A stretch of DNA of 64,000 bases, taken from contig CM035356.1 in the NCBI GenBank assembly GCA_020137815.1, positions 3,038,001 through 3,102,000 on the forward strand, read 5' to 3'. The DNA is from Hormiphora californensis (Eukaryota > Animalia > Ctenophora). Under the pieces are notes generated by a model. That model did not search any database and had not been told where the DNA came from. It saw nothing but the letters and a program-made list of their open reading frames with translations. The first letter of the stretch is position 1, and every line of letters starts with the position of its first letter. This document shows positions 28,101 to 41,913 of this stretch, one piece after another. Both the position numbers and the translations under genes were made by a program.

Positions 28101-31100
28101 AAGGGGTACTGTGAATCTTCCATAGTTAGATACTCCTGTGTTGCTTAACATTTAATGTGTCCCCTTCCCGATATAATCTAGTCGGTTGAGTCCATTACGG
28201 AGATAGAGGACTATTTGAGAGAGACTCCAGTTCTCGGCACTGATGGGACTCCCCTAAACACGATAACTAAAACCATGACAGAGGAACAATGCGCTGGGAA
28301 TTCCACTGACTTTGATTGTCTCCAATCCTACTTGACATCCAGCTCATCATCAGGGAGACCGTACTCCGCGTACAACCACCGCATATACTACTCACTACGA
28401 ACTTTGTTGGAGGTTCTCAAGCATGTCAACTCTACTGCCCTGGCAGAACACGCATCACGGACACCAGATAGTGGGATAACTGCCATTGAACCTCAGCTAG
28501 CAAGTGCGGTGATGTACCAGTTTAGGAAGATGTCGAGCAGGTTCAAGGGTGGGTTGAGTTTTGAAGAGGGCGAGAAGTACACGTCCCTTCCTCAACCGGA
28601 GATGGATGTGCTGTATAACCAGGGGGATACCGAGGAGAGGTGGTCCGCTAGTAATGAGACTCTAATGGCCGGGTTAAAAAATGAACTTCTCAAGTAAGCC
28701 CAGCTAAAATTACGTATATAATCGTGTACTAAAAGTTGTTGGTAACGCAGTCACCCTTACAACTCCCGCGCGTAGCGCGGCAAAACGAAGCCCGCGAAGC
28801 CACCAATTAAAGTTGCAGATGTTGCCTTACTCGATCCTTTCTTACACCATGTCCCATTTTGTGTTTGTAAAAGAAGGGTAATAGAACATAACAAGCCTTA
28901 TTTTACAAGTGTAAACCCTCAGGATGAAGAACAGTCTACCAGTTCGTATAGAGTGTGGGGAGGTCTGTTTGAACGGGACATTCAAGGATCTAGCGGAGTC
29001 TAACGGTCGGGCAAACTGCTGGCAGTGTACCAAGTGTACTGGAAACAAGGTATTGTTGTCATGACAACATGTCTGTTGGTTTTAGGGCGCTCACTTGTTG
29101 TTGAGTTACTCAAAAACTCACTCGGGCAGTAGCTATATCTGTTGGTTTCTAGGGCGCTCAATCGTGAACATATTCATAGATCCTCACCCGAAATCGTCTC
29201 TCCAGATAACTAATACAAGCGAGGCATCCACATGTATAGCCTGTCAGGACGGAGTGTACGCTAACTGGAAACGAACCGAGTGCTCGGAGACTGCGGAGGA
29301 TCTCAATTTGTTAAAGGGTGATCTGGATGGGAATATTGTGTTGACCCTAATTGTGGTTACCTTCCTAACAATATCAATCACCCTGGGTAAGAAATGAGCA
29401 GTTCTAGGGGGGGGGGGGGACCATACATTTTTCCCGGATTTTTCCTAACATCACTAATAATCTTCTAACAATCTCTCCCTGCCAGGAGCATACCTGTATT
29501 TCTGGTCACACCGGGTAGTCCGGGCATCAGGCAGGGACCTGGCCATCTTCATGTTCCCAGGGATGTTCTGTGGTGTGGCTAACGCTGCCTTAATCTACAA
29601 CCCACCAAGTAATTTACAGTGCCGAACCATCACATAGCGTAGTAGTAATTGCATAGCGTGCTAGCTTATTTTCTGAAATGAAATGTAGTGTGATTCAGAC
29701 TGCATTTTATTTCATACTGTGTGAGCTACACTGTGTAGTAGTAGTACACAAGTTATACAAGTTACACAGGATTCCTGTGACAGGAACATATAAAACATTC
29801 CAAACATGATAGTCAGATCAGAGGGGTATACTATGCTACACCAAATTATCCAACAGTCTCAGGCCTAATCAAACTCCACTTTATTAAAGACCAGGTGGTT
29901 TGTGATTGGATAGCTTTGACAGCCCACTTCTTTACCCTTCTGGTCATCCTCCCTCTTGTGTTGAGGACCCTGAGGATTCTTATTATATTCAAATTCTCAA
30001 CCAACCACAAGGAAGTCATCAGGTTTGACTACTATACTTGATATTCGTCAAGGACCAAGGATGGTCCCTTTGACATACAGTTACAAACGTAATGCAGTTA
30101 CCGAGAAGTTGATGATAAAAACATATCAAACGTTTTCCCTGAATTAGGTATGTTAAGGGATTCTACGTGTACTTCTACTTTCTTGTCCTGGCCCTACCCA
30201 TCCTTGTATCATTGCTATTGGCGCTGACAGTTCCTCACTTCAGGTAAGAGGACTGCCATCTCCCCTCTTTCAATGTTTGTTTGTTTGAATCGCCTCGTCT
30301 TCATATTTCTTGATATAGTTCGCCATGGGGGGGACCTCATTATGGCTTGAATTGTTCATACTTTCTTTTTATTCTACGGAAACACAGTGTCAGACGACTC
30401 AAACTATGGCAGTTTTCAGTACAAGTCTTGAGAATAGGGTCAGGCCAATGCTCTGAAAGTTGCAGCCTAATTTGCACTTTTAGTAGTAACTGCCTTGTGC
30501 CTTTATAGCGATGTATAACAGGGGTAATGGTATAGAGAGACTTTCTAGACCCTTCTAGACTCGTCTCTATCCAGCCCGCCTTTTGTGTCAATAACAACTA
30601 ACTCAGAGGAGGGGGGCAATCTGCAATGGGGAGGAGGAATTATATCGGGGACATGAGGCTGTGGTGGGGATTGTATATTAACATGTACTACAACTGTTTA
30701 CTGTGAACATGGGACTTGTCACCCAAATTATGTAGTGATCTGTCTGAATCTTCATATATATGTGGGCATGGAAGAATTTTGTGATTGTTCGTATAACAAT
30801 AGTGTTAGTATCACATGCCAATGCCATTATATTAGCAAATGTACATGTTGGTATAATTGGGAATATGGGTGGATAAAGCGAGACAGGGGAAACATTGTGC
30901 ACTCGTCTGGGCTGCCAAATTATTTCAATTTAGTATAGTCAGTAGTCTATACAACTGGTAATTAGAGAGTTGGACCGCCTTAGTCATTTTCCAGGGACTA
31001 TTATAAACCTCTCTCTCCTTCCTTATCCCAAGTAAATATTTCATGACATTTAAGTCTGCAGAATCGAGCAGTGTAACATATTATATCGCTCCAGATAAAT

Positions 31101-34100
31101 TATACCATGATTATAGTTCTCCCAACCCCATATACATATTGGACAACTTAACCACATAATTATCCATCCCCACAGCACCCAGTGTCATTAGTATGTCCCC
31201 TATAATTTCCTCCACCACCGTATCTCCCAGAACATATATCTTGCTGTCTCGTGTTATACAAAGAATACCCCTCCGCCCTCACACAATGGCTCGATATTTC
31301 CTTTTTAAGAATATCTGTCAGAGCATTGGCCTGACCCTATTCTCGCGCGAGAACTGTGGTCAGAGCATTGGCCTGACAGAAGAATAAATCCCTAAATAAT
31401 ATTTGCTCCTTTTTAAACTCAAATCAATTGTCACCAATTCACCAATAATTTACTAAATGCAGGTTTCCAAATACTTTCCCCAATATTTTACCAAGTATCA
31501 CCCACCAATATAACATTATACCAAAATATATATCGTGGCAGGTTTTTGGCCAAGGGAAAAAACAATTATCCAAAACCGTACGTCTTATTACTGAGTCAAT
31601 ATCCATATGTTCAGAGTTACCTCAGTCCACGCCTGCTGCTGTAGTTGCTGTCCTCTCTTCTTCATCTTGTATCCTAGAAGTAAAGGCGGAGTGGATCTCG
31701 AATGGAATCCATGTCATCCGACAGTGTCAGGTATATCCAAATATGATAATAGGGAGAAGGGGTACTGTGAATCTTCCATAGTTAGATACTCCTGTGTTGC
31801 TTAACATTTAATGTGTCCCCTTCCCGATATAATCTAGTCGGTTGAGTCCATTACGGAGATAGAGGACTATTTGAGAGAGACTCCAGTTCTCGGCACTGAT
31901 GGGACTCCCCTAAACACGATAACTAAAACCATGACAGAGGAACAATGCGCTGGGAATTCCACTGACTTTGATTGTCTCCAATCCTACTTGACATCCAGCT
32001 CATCATCAGGGAGACCGTACTCCGCGTACAACCACCGCATATACTACTCACTACGAACTTTGTTGGAGGTTCTCAAACATGTCAACTCTACTGCCCTGGC
32101 AGAGCACGCATCACGGACACCAAATAGTGAGATAACTGCCATTAAACCTCAGCTAGCAAGTGCGGTGATGGACCAGTTCAGGAAGATGTCCAGCAGGTTC
32201 AAGGGTGGGTTGAGTTTTGAAGAGGGCGAGAAGTACACGTCACTCCCTCAACCGGAGATGGATGTGCTGTATAACCAGGGGGATACCGAGGAGAGGTGGT
32301 CCGCTAGTAATGAGACTCTAATGGCCGGGTTAAAAAATGAACTTCTCAAGTAAGCCCAGCTAAAATTACGTATATAATCGTGTACTAAAAGTTGTTGGTA
32401 ACGCAGTCACCCTTACAACTCCCGCGCGTAGCGCGGCAAAACGAAGCCCGAGAAGCCACCAATTAAAGTTGCAGATGTTGCCTTACTCGATCCTCTCTTA
32501 CACCATGTCCCATTTTGTGTTTGTAAAAGAAGGGTAATAGAACATAACAAGCCTTATTTTACAAGTGTAAACCCTCAGGATGAAGAACAGTCTACCGGTT
32601 CGTATAGAGTGTGGGGAGGTCTGTTTGAACGGGACATTCAAGGATCTAGCGGAGTCTGACGGTCGGGCAAACTGCTGGCAGTGTACCAAGTGTACTGGAA
32701 ACAAGGTTTAGTTGTCATGACAACATGTCTGTTGGTTTCTAGGGCGCTCAATCGTGAACTTATTCATAGATCCTCACCCGAAATCGTCTCTCCAGATAAC
32801 TAATACAAGCGAGGCATCCACATGTATAGCCTGCCAGGACGGAGTGTACGCTAACTGGAAACGAACGGAGTGCTCAGAGACTGCGGAGGATCTCAATTTG
32901 TTAAAGGGTGACCTGGATGGGAATATTGTATTGACCCTAATTGTGGTGACCTTCCTAACAATATCAATCACCCTGGGTAAGAAAGGAGCTGTTCTTGGGG
33001 GACCGTACATTTTTCATGGATTTTTCCTAATATCACTTATAATCTTCTAACAATCTCTCCCTGCCAGGAGCATATCTGTATTTCTGGTCACACCGGGTTG
33101 TCCGGGCATCAGGCAGGGACCTGGCCATCTTCATGTTCCCAGGGATGTTCTGTGGTGTGGCTAACGCTGCCTTGATCTACAACCCACCAAGTAATTTACA
33201 GTGCCGAACCCTCGCATAGAGTAGTAGTAATTGCATAGCGTGCTAGCTTATGTTCTGAAATGAAATGTAGTGTGATTCAGACTGCATTTTATTTCATACT
33301 GTGTGAGCTACACTGTGTAGTAGTAGTACACAAGTTATACAAGTTACACAGGATTCCTGTGACAGGAACATATAAAACATTCCAAACATGATAGTCAGAT
33401 CAGAGGGGTATACTATGCTACACCAAATTATCCAAAAGTCTCAGGCCTAATCCAACTCCATTTTATTAGACCAGGTGGTCTGTGATTGGATAGCTTTGAC
33501 AGCCCACTTCTTTACCCTTCTGGTGATTCTCCCTCTTGTGTTGAGGACCCTGAGGATTCTTATTATATTCAAATTCTCAACCAACCACAAAGAAGTCATC
33601 AGGTTTGACCTGAGTATACGGGGGGGGGGGGGGGGGGGGCACTACACTACATATATCATGTACTATTTTTAGTTGCCACTTGATATTCGTCAAGGACCAA
33701 GGTTGGTCCGGGGTCCCTTTGACATACAGTTACACACGTAATGCAGTTACCGAGAAGTTGATGATAAAAACCAAACGTTTTCCCTGAATTAGGTATGTTA
33801 AGGGATTCTACGTGTACTTCTACTTTCTTGTCCTGGCCCTACCCATCCTTGTTTCATTGTTATTGGCGCTGACAGTTCCTCACTTCAGGTAAGAGCACTG
33901 CCATCTCCCCTCTTGCAATGTTTGTTTGTTCGGGGGGAATTCAGAACCGCCTCGTCTTCATATTTATTGATATATGTCCATGGGGGGACCCTTATGACGT
34001 CTTATTGTTCATTGTCTTATGATTAAGCTTAAGCTTAGACTAATGGTCAGCTATCTCAACTACTTTCAGACATTCCTGACCCTATTCCAGGGTAGCATGC

Positions 34101-36923
34101 CTGACAGTTCAGCCTAATTTGCACTTTAGTGAGTCACTTGGCCTTTTGCGTTACAGGTGTAATGGGGTAAAGGTTATAGACCTTTTAGCCCTTCTATCCA
34201 CCTTTTTGCGTTTCAATAACAACTAACTCAGGGGGGGGGGCGATGCGATGGGGAGGAGGAATTATTCGGGAATGAGCTGGTGGGGATGTTATAAAGTGCT
34301 GTGTGTTGTGAACATGGACATGTCACCCAACTTGTTACTTGAACTGGACTTTCACCCAATATGTGATGAATTTGTGATTGTCGTAAAATATTAGTATAAG
34401 TGCCATGCCAGATATTTGAATGTCTGTTAACATAGGAATATTGGTGATCAAGCGAGACATAAAATTGTGCACTCGTTGGTAATTGCTGCAATTATGTGAT
34501 TAAGAGATCAGTGTTAACAATGGTATTAGCTGGTGACCAAATTATATTTTCCATGGATATTATAACTCTTCACGTCCTTATTCCAAAGTTGATTCTGACA
34601 TTAGCTCTTGCAGAGGACTATGTAAAACATCCTCCAAATTTCCTGTATAGTATTTTCCCATACCCAATTCAAATTGAATTAACACATTAATATCATCCAC
34701 GCATCCCAGTGTCAATTATGTCCCATAATTTCAACCCCACACCATATTCGGACAAACTTTACCCATATTTTCATACCCCACAGCACCCAGTCCTTAGCTC
34801 CCCAATTTCCTCATCTCCTTCACAGACATCCAGAACAAGATTGGCTGACTGTCGTGCAAGAGAAGTAGCCCTCCGACCCTTCCGCAAAGCTCATTTTTCC
34901 TTTTAAAAATACTGCAACATTGGCCTGACCCTATTCTCGCACGAGAACTGTGGTCAGAGCATTGGCCTGACGGAAGAATATAAACTTTTCTCCTCTAAAC
35001 ACTAAAATGTACGCTTCTGTCCCAATTTCTAAATTCCCCTTTCCAAATCTCAATATATGTATCACCAAATATCATCAATATATTATTGTCAGGTTTGTGA
35101 AGAAAACAAATATCCAGAACTACCTTCAAGAGGACATGTCCATTATAGACTCCTGTCAGGCAACAGATAGCAACCTAGTGTACTGTCTCGTTGGGTACGC
35201 TGTATCTCTCCTCATTGTCTCAAGTATAATGGGATTTCTCACTAGAAAGGTATTTACATGTGAACTTCTATAAAATTCATATTGTTCGACCGTCGAATCG
35301 ACGAACAATGTTCGTCTTTATTTTATGAATGTCTCTAATTTAAAGCATGTTTTCAATTCTTCTTCTCTGCATTTTAACAAAGGACTAAGGGCGCCATCCA
35401 ATTTTATCCCATCATTACATACCGCATAATGGAGTATTAAATGCATATCTTTCCAATCTCTCTCCAAACTTGTTTTATCCCATCACAATATATGCATTAC
35501 ATACCGTCTCTATACATCCAATCTCAATATCTCTCCAATACAAAAGGAAACAATACCCAGGTACCAGACAACAATGTAACCAAGTACCCCCTCCCCCCTA
35601 CAACTATACCCCCCCCCCCCCCATGTACCTGTACAATAACTGTACAATACCCCACTAACCAGGTACCCCCCCATGTACCAGACAACAATGTAACCAAGTA
35701 CCCCCTCCCCCCTACAACTACCTGTACAATACCACCCCCCCCCCCCATGTACCTTGTTGAGTAAGGGGGAAGAGTCTCTTCCCCCTTACTCAACAACATG
35801 TACCTGTACAATACCTGTACAATACCCCACTAACCAAGTACCCCCTCCCCCTACAACTACCTGTACAATACCTGTACAATACCCCACTAACCAGGTACCC
35901 CCCCCCCCCTACAACTACCTGTACAATACCCCCCCCCCCCCCTACAACTACCTGTACAATACCTGTACAATACCCCACTAACCAGGTACCCCCCCCCCTA
36001 CAACTACCTGTACAATACCTGTACAATACCCCACTAACCAGGTACCCCCCCCCCCTACAACTACCTGTACAATACCTGTACAATACCCCACTAACCAGGT
36101 ACCCCCCCCCCCCTACAACTACCTGTACAATACCTGTACAATACCCCACTAACCAGGTACCCCCCCCCCCTACAACTACCTGTACAATACCTGTACAATA
36201 CCCCACTAACCAGGTACCCCCCCCCCCCTCTCCAGGTGCCGGACAACTATAAGGAGAGCATGCACATTTTCCTGTGTTCCTTGATAACCTTGGCGGTAGT
36301 GTCTACCTTCGTCCCTGCAATGGTCCTTCTACCAGGCAAGAAACAGGTAATTACATCCCGGTAAAATACTGTTTGAAATAGACGCACGTGTAGAAACAGG
36401 TCATTTATGGGTAGGTGGGGTCATGTCCCGCTGGTTCAAATATAGCCGCTTATCATCTATGATTGTTTGTTTGTTTGTGATTGCTGCGTCTGGAGAATGA
36501 CCTGCTGGAAAGCTATCTATGATTATAGACCTGTAGTTTATACATATTGCACATCAAGTCACAGTAGTATTATGTAGCCTATTATTATGTAACATATAGT
36601 AGCTAGGAATCCCCCGCGGGATATAAACCCACAACTATATGTAGATATAAGCCCATTGATATGTCCCTATCTCTCTGTCTCTGTCTCTCCCCCTCTCTCT
36701 ATCTCTCTCTCTCTCCCAGGTGTTCTCAATGGCGATGATAGTGACCCTCCTGGCTCTGTGTGTCAACTGTATAATATTCATCCCCAAACTGATCACCGCC
36801 AGTCGGACAGAGGAAAGACAGAACTCTAAATTTAATAGGAGCCATAATAGCTCAGCAGCTGTAATAGGAAGGGGTGACAGCGACCTACACAATAAAACTC
36901 ATTTATCGAGTAGTAAAGTGTAA
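25168..36923 (+). CDS. Class C GPCR (mGluR/CaSR-like: Venus flytrap, Cys-rich domain, 7TM) with an internal duplicated exon block
   Basis: Signal peptide MREILLMLALVIGC; VFT-like EILPG-NLSVGF and IIGIFG; CRD CWQCTKC...CIACQDGVYANWKRTEC; class C motifs VVRASGRDL, LRTLRILIIF, TRKVPDNYKES and FIPK. All lie on GT-AG exons. Confidence 0.88.
25809..26013. mobile_element. ~205-bp MITE (TIR GCGGACTCTAGTGCTAA) with telomere-like CCCTAA units; intact copy
   Basis: Inverted copy of 50478-51562 without the 875-bp insert. It is nested in a larger IR-bounded element at ~25700-26411. Confidence 0.8.
26603..26711. mobile_element. ~109-bp MITE, TIR CAGGAACCGACCGAA
   Basis: TIRs are visible. The translation matches a repeat I recall contaminating Pleurobrachia gene models (recollection, not searched). 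Confidence 0.75.
27909..35130 (+). repeat. Tandem duplication (~3.65-kb unit) within the GPCR
   Basis: The ORFs at 28215 and 31871 are near-identical (offset 3656). The CRD and TM1-TM4 exons are each present twice. Confidence 0.9.
35560..36228. repeat. ~58-bp intronic minisatellite
   Basis: CAACTACCTGTACAATACCTGTACAATACCCCACTAACCAGGTACCCCCCC repeated. Confidence 0.9.
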
Positions 36924-38566
36924 ATGTGTGATCTGTGAACGTACTAAACTTGCCTTGTTCGACCCTCAAAAGGGTTTGAACAAAACAACACTAAACAGTG
37001 TGTGAAAGACTATGACGCTGACGACAGACGGATACAACAGTACCACGACAGTCAGGCACAGTGCGAGATACAGTCGAACTGAACCAAACAGCTGTTATTA
37101 TAGTAAGTTGTATCTTCAAATTCTTGAATAGTGTATAGTGTGTAAAATACAGCACATTTGCAGATCGAACTTATTTAATTGTTGAAAACTGATTTAATTT
37201 CTTTATATTGATATCATAAACAATAATTGTTCACATACAATTATGTATTGTCAATTATCACGGGTGGGAAATCGATCAGTATGGGTGGGAAATGTGGGGT
37301 GTCTCAAAGCGCGCGAATACGATGCGCGACAAAATTCAACACACAAAAAGGACGGCGCGCCTTCCAGACATGCACTCCCAAAACTGTGACATTGGCGTGG
37401 GCCACACTCTTAGCTAACATGGGTTTACGGAATAACTCATATCTGGCTCTCGGTACCTTATAACTTATTGTTGGCGATTATCCAAGTATACTGGGACTCC
37501 ACTTTCTAGCTCTGAAGTAGTTGAGATTGACTTGATGAAATCCTGAAAAGAGTATGTTGGTTAACACTTGAACTGTGGAGTGTGGAGGGGGGGGGGGGGG
37601 GGGGGTGCAGTGCGATGGGAATGAAGTAACGAAGAAGAGCATACTTACAAAGATGAAAGAGAGAGTTAGAGAGGTTCAGTATGATATTCCAAATCATTCA
37701 GTAAGGTTCAGTCAAAACGGAGATCCAACTGTTCGTCTCCCCGATCCCCACGAAAGATTTCTTTTCTTGAAAGCGGGACGAACGGTTCAAAACATCCCAG
37801 GAGCTTCTGAACTTTTCTCGGACACATTTCTCAGGAACAATTATCTGTTGATCCTGTGAAAGGGATCAATGATTGTAAAAGGGAAATACAGAGAGAAGGG
37901 AGGATGCAGTGCGATACTGGATGGTACACAAACACTGTAAAATCTCTAGATGTTTGAACAGATGGGGATTTAGTTCGCAGAGAGTTCTAAATCGTGAGAT
38001 TTCACAGTTTCATGGAAGTATAAACAGCATATATATAGGATAATTTAACGAAATAAGAATAGTTACAAACCTAAAAACCGGTTAAAAATAATTGTAAAAA
38101 ACGTTTTTGATTAAGAAGCTGGTGGCATGAACTATGAGTTGACTCACATTACATGGAACTTGGAAGTGTATGTAGGGTATAAAATAAAACCATACGGGTA
38201 TAAAATAAATTAACATACGGGACACGGGTGGTAAATAAATTAACATAAGGGTATAAAATAAGTTAGTATTTAAATTCATGCTATTGATTATAAATAAGTT
38301 AAGAAATATTAAAAAAACAATAACAGTCTTTGCAGCAGTAATCGTGTGCCTCGCTGTCTCAAAACTCCATTGATTGCATCTGTCTCCCTCCCTGAAGAAA
38401 AAACAGTTGTTAATACAGAGTACTGATAGAGTATGACATCTAGGATATAATATACCTTACTTACATACACACTACTGGGACTACTGTACAGTGTACACAC
38501 TACAGACTACACACACTATTCACCAGCCCCCGATTCCCCAAGAATCTACGTTAAATCGTGGTCCGA

Positions 38567-39109
38567 CTATACCTGTCCATCGTTCCCCCCACTCTTCCCC
38601 TTCTTCAGCAGAGCCGGATTGACATAGGGTATAACCCCCGCTCCAGGGATTGTAACGTTCTTCAGCAGCTCGTGTAGCTCCTCGTCGTTACCAATGGCAA
38701 GGAGAACGTGACGTGGTGTGATGCGGCGCTTCTTCACCCCCTTACACGCCATCCCGGAGAGTTCCAGTATCTGGGGGAGAGAGTGGTTGTGGGAGTGAGG
38801 GAGTGGGGTAATGGGAGAGTTCCAGGGGGGAGTGGTCACTAGATTCGAGAAGAGTATTGCACTTTTTTTAAGAAATAGGAAAGTGCTCTCTCCAATCTTT
38901 GAACATTTTTGCAATATCTTACTCACCTCAGCACAGAGGTACTCCAGCACGGCACTGAAGAACACCCCACCGCCAGCACTGATCCTGAACCGCTCCATGC
39001 CCGGGTGAGCTCTCATCTTCCGTATGACCCGAGCTACGGGGAAATCGATACCCGCCCGCTTGGATTTAGACTGTCGTACAGTAGGAAGTGGGACAGTCTT
39101 TCCAGTCAT
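38567..39109 (-). CDS. Divergent histone H2A variant (~128 aa after splicing)
   Basis: SKRAGIDFPVAR, AVLEYLCAE|ILELSG, RITPRHVLLAIGNDEEL. A 156-nt GT-AG phase-0 intron spans 38926-38771. Confidence 0.92.
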   Translation of the reverse strand: MTGKTVPLPTVRQSKSKRAGIDFPVARVIRKMRAHPGMERFRISAGGGVFFSAVLEYLCAEVSKILQKCSKIGESTFLFLKKSAILFSNLVTTPPWNSPITPLPHSHNHSLPQILELSGMACKGVKKRRITPRHVLLAIGNDEELHELLKNVTIPGAGVIPYVNPALLKKGKSGGNDGQV

Positions 39110-39127
39110 ACTAGCTATATAATATGA

Positions 39128-39310
39128 TGGGGATTAGAGGGGATTAAGGACAGATATCGGGAGAGGGGTGAGAGGGGGATTAGAGGGGGATTTAGGACAG
39201 ATATATTGGGAGAGGGGTGAGAGGGGGATTAGAGGGGGATTAAGGACAGATATCGGGAGAGGGGTGAGAGGGGGATCAGGGGGGGATAAAGGACAGATAT
39301 CGGGAGAGGG
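39128..39310. repeat. ~46-bp G-rich tandem repeat upstream of H2A
   Basis: GGATTAGAGGGGGATTAAGGACAGATATCGGGAGAGGGGTGAGAGGG, about 4 copies. Confidence 0.85.
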
Positions 39311-39628
39311 CCAGCCGCCAGGGGTGAGAGGAACTCCTGAAAAGTGCAGTAGTCAGTAACACATGAAACGATTCGTTAGAAATAGTCATTGTTTATTTGA
39401 TTGATTGAAATAATAAAGTGGGCTATTTGATAAAAAATTATAGAAACACAGGTTAAAAACACGCCACTCAGCATGTTGTCTTCACATTTGGTCAGGAGAA
39501 ATAATTGTAAAACGGTAATTTAAACCTATTATAATAAATTAAAGTGTATCATCTAGCATGATAGTCCAGCAGATTTCAACTTGATTTGCAGCAAATAGAC
39601 GACAAACCATCACCATACTACACACCTC

Positions 39629-40820
39629 TTAACTACCAACCTCTGAGTCACTATCAGCCTCACTGTCTGCAAATATCATGGCAAGCCGGGATTTAGTTTC
39701 AGGAAACTCAGAGAGATCAAGTGTGCTAGTGCTGCCTTGAGAGGAAAAACAACCTTGGCTGTCACGTTGGAGTAGGGCTAGTTTGGCAGGGGTCGCTGAT
39801 TTAATGGGCGATGGAGCGGGAGTTGCTGATTTAATGGGCGACGGAGCGGGAGTTGCTGATTTAATGGGCGACGGAGCGGGAGTTGCTGATTTGATGGGCG
39901 ATGGAGCGGGAGTTGCTGATTTGATGGGCGACGGAGCGGGAGTTTGTAACTTTGCTGGAGATGTACCCGTTTGTAAAGCTGCTTCTTTAGTTGGCGATAT
40001 CTGTGATGTTCCTAGAGTCGATTGTTTAGATGAGATAGCTGTCCCCCTCTCTGATGGTTCATCTAGTTGTGCGTCACTTCGTTTCCGTTTCCTACTACAG
40101 GACGGCCCGGGCTGTTCATCATCATCTGGTGGAGGGTGGGAGGTCTCCTCTCTTTTATCAGCGGGGATAGTAGGATGGGAGGTAGTTAGGACACTGGCAG
40201 TGGATATGGTCGGCGCAGCACGTTTCTAAAAAGAAGGGATATATTAGACATGTTGGTTTAGAGAGATACATTGGACAGTTAAAAAGTAAAGATTCCCTTC
40301 CGATGGTTGGAAAGGCCAAAGGGGGTCTAAATAATAATTATTTGACCTCATTATAACTAGTATCCCAGGTTCCTAATACGTCTCTAACAAACAAACAAAC
40401 TTACAAAGAAACACCCTATTCCCTTCTGCCAAGAGGGTGCATCCCAATGTGTCGGGGTATTGCCCCCTCCGGTGTTCCACTTTCCTTTTCCTGGTGTAGT
40501 TGATCCCCCTGCCCTGGATCTGGTGGACACTCCACAGGATGATGAGGAGGATCCCGTCTTTCTTGGAGCTTTACTCCCAACCGCTGGGAGAGATGTGGTG
40601 GGGTGAGAGAGGGGCGATAGAGAGGGAGATAGTGAGAGAGGGGAGAGTGAGAGGGGGATAGTGGGAGAGGGGCCGGGGCGGGGTTGATAAATCGACAGAT
40701 ATTCTGGATCCAACTATTCCATGTGGGAACTTTAATCGGTCTCCCTGAGCCAGCTGGTTAGCGAGGTGGGGCACCGTTACCTTTTCTTGAAGAAGTTCCC
40801 CCGGCTGCAGTCCTCACCAT
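39629..40820 (-). CDS. PCLAF: PCNA-associated factor (PAF15/KIAA0101) homologue, ~271 aa with extended C-terminus
   Basis: Exons 40820-40781, 40583-40405, 40225-39629: MVRTAAGG..RKAVGSKAPRK...GGGN...WQKGIGCFF (PIP box). This matches human MVRTK..ARAPRK..GGN..WQKGIGEFF. The 3' end may splice further. Confidence 0.82.
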
Positions 40821-41826
40821 TTCGCTAATTTGCTAGAGAGAAGAGGAGCTGGTTAATTTATTACCAAAATATATTGTCTCGCAATTCGCCCGGTCCGGAG
40901 AGGAACTTGAGCTAGGTGTGTGACGTCATGTAGTATGACAAAATATAGCGGGGGAGAGATAGAGGCCCTATCAATATAGGACCGATATTTTGTATTCGGT
41001 TCTCCAAATTACAAATTCTTCACAGTGCAGTGCATTTACAACCGTTAACTCCATGTGATTGAGGCCCTCCTGACACAATTAGTGCGTGAGTTATCGAAAA
41101 GGAAAGCGCCCCGCCCCTCTCCTAGTTGTGCACAGTAGTCTGCACAGTGGTAATTTTAGGGGTGTGAGACAACATGGGGAACGTGTTGCTAAGAGAGGAG
41201 GGTTGGGAGGGTGGATCGGCCACAATTATTATAGTAGTCACACCATGCAGTAGCTGTTAATTCGGTAGACACACTGTAATACGCTTGTTTAAATCAACTG
41301 TTAATGCCATCAGTGGAACTTTCTGTGCATAGCATAGTTATTACCTTGCCCCCGTTATACGTATTTGCACTATAGATCTGTACAGATCTCTCTTTCTATC
41401 CTTACGCATTACCAACATGACTTTACTCCTCTCATCAAGTCTCACTTACAGATCTCAACAACTATTAGCAGATCTAAACTGTTCATGTTGTCACCACGAT
41501 AGTGGGATCATTGTGCTCACTGAAGGGAGAGGGTGATCTTCGCATTGAGTTTAGCCATCATCATGTGTGTGAGAGTGAGAGAGAGAGAGAGGGGGAGAGA
41601 CAGAGAGAGAGAGTGAGAGATAGAAAGATAGAGAAATGGCAAACGAGTTGCAAACATCTGCCGTCAATAATCTGATATAACACTTGTTGGAGACTTGGGA
41701 GACGTGTTCAATCATCCCATGATGTGAGGCACACATGTGTCTATTCTTTCTCATTTGTGATTCAGTGTGATTTAATCTGCAGATTGTCAGCTTATTTTGA
41801 CGCTTTTAACTTCACCCATATATGAT

Positions 41827-41913
41827 ACAGTCGGACCCCGATTTACCGGGATGCTCGGGGAAAAGGGTTTTGCTGGGGAGAAGTTTATCCTCCCAGTAAA
41901 TCGGGGTCCGACT
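41827..41913. mobile_element. Short Tc1/pogo-like MITE
   Basis: TA|CAGTCGGACCCCGATTTAC...GTAAATCGGGGTCCGACT. Confidence 0.65.

Noticed and set aside
35441-36206. Pro-rich/Gly-rich ORFs
   Set aside because: They are minisatellite translations inside a GPCR intron.
39783-40229. Plus-strand GAGVADLMGD repeat ORF
   Set aside because: It is the antisense of PCLAF exon 3.
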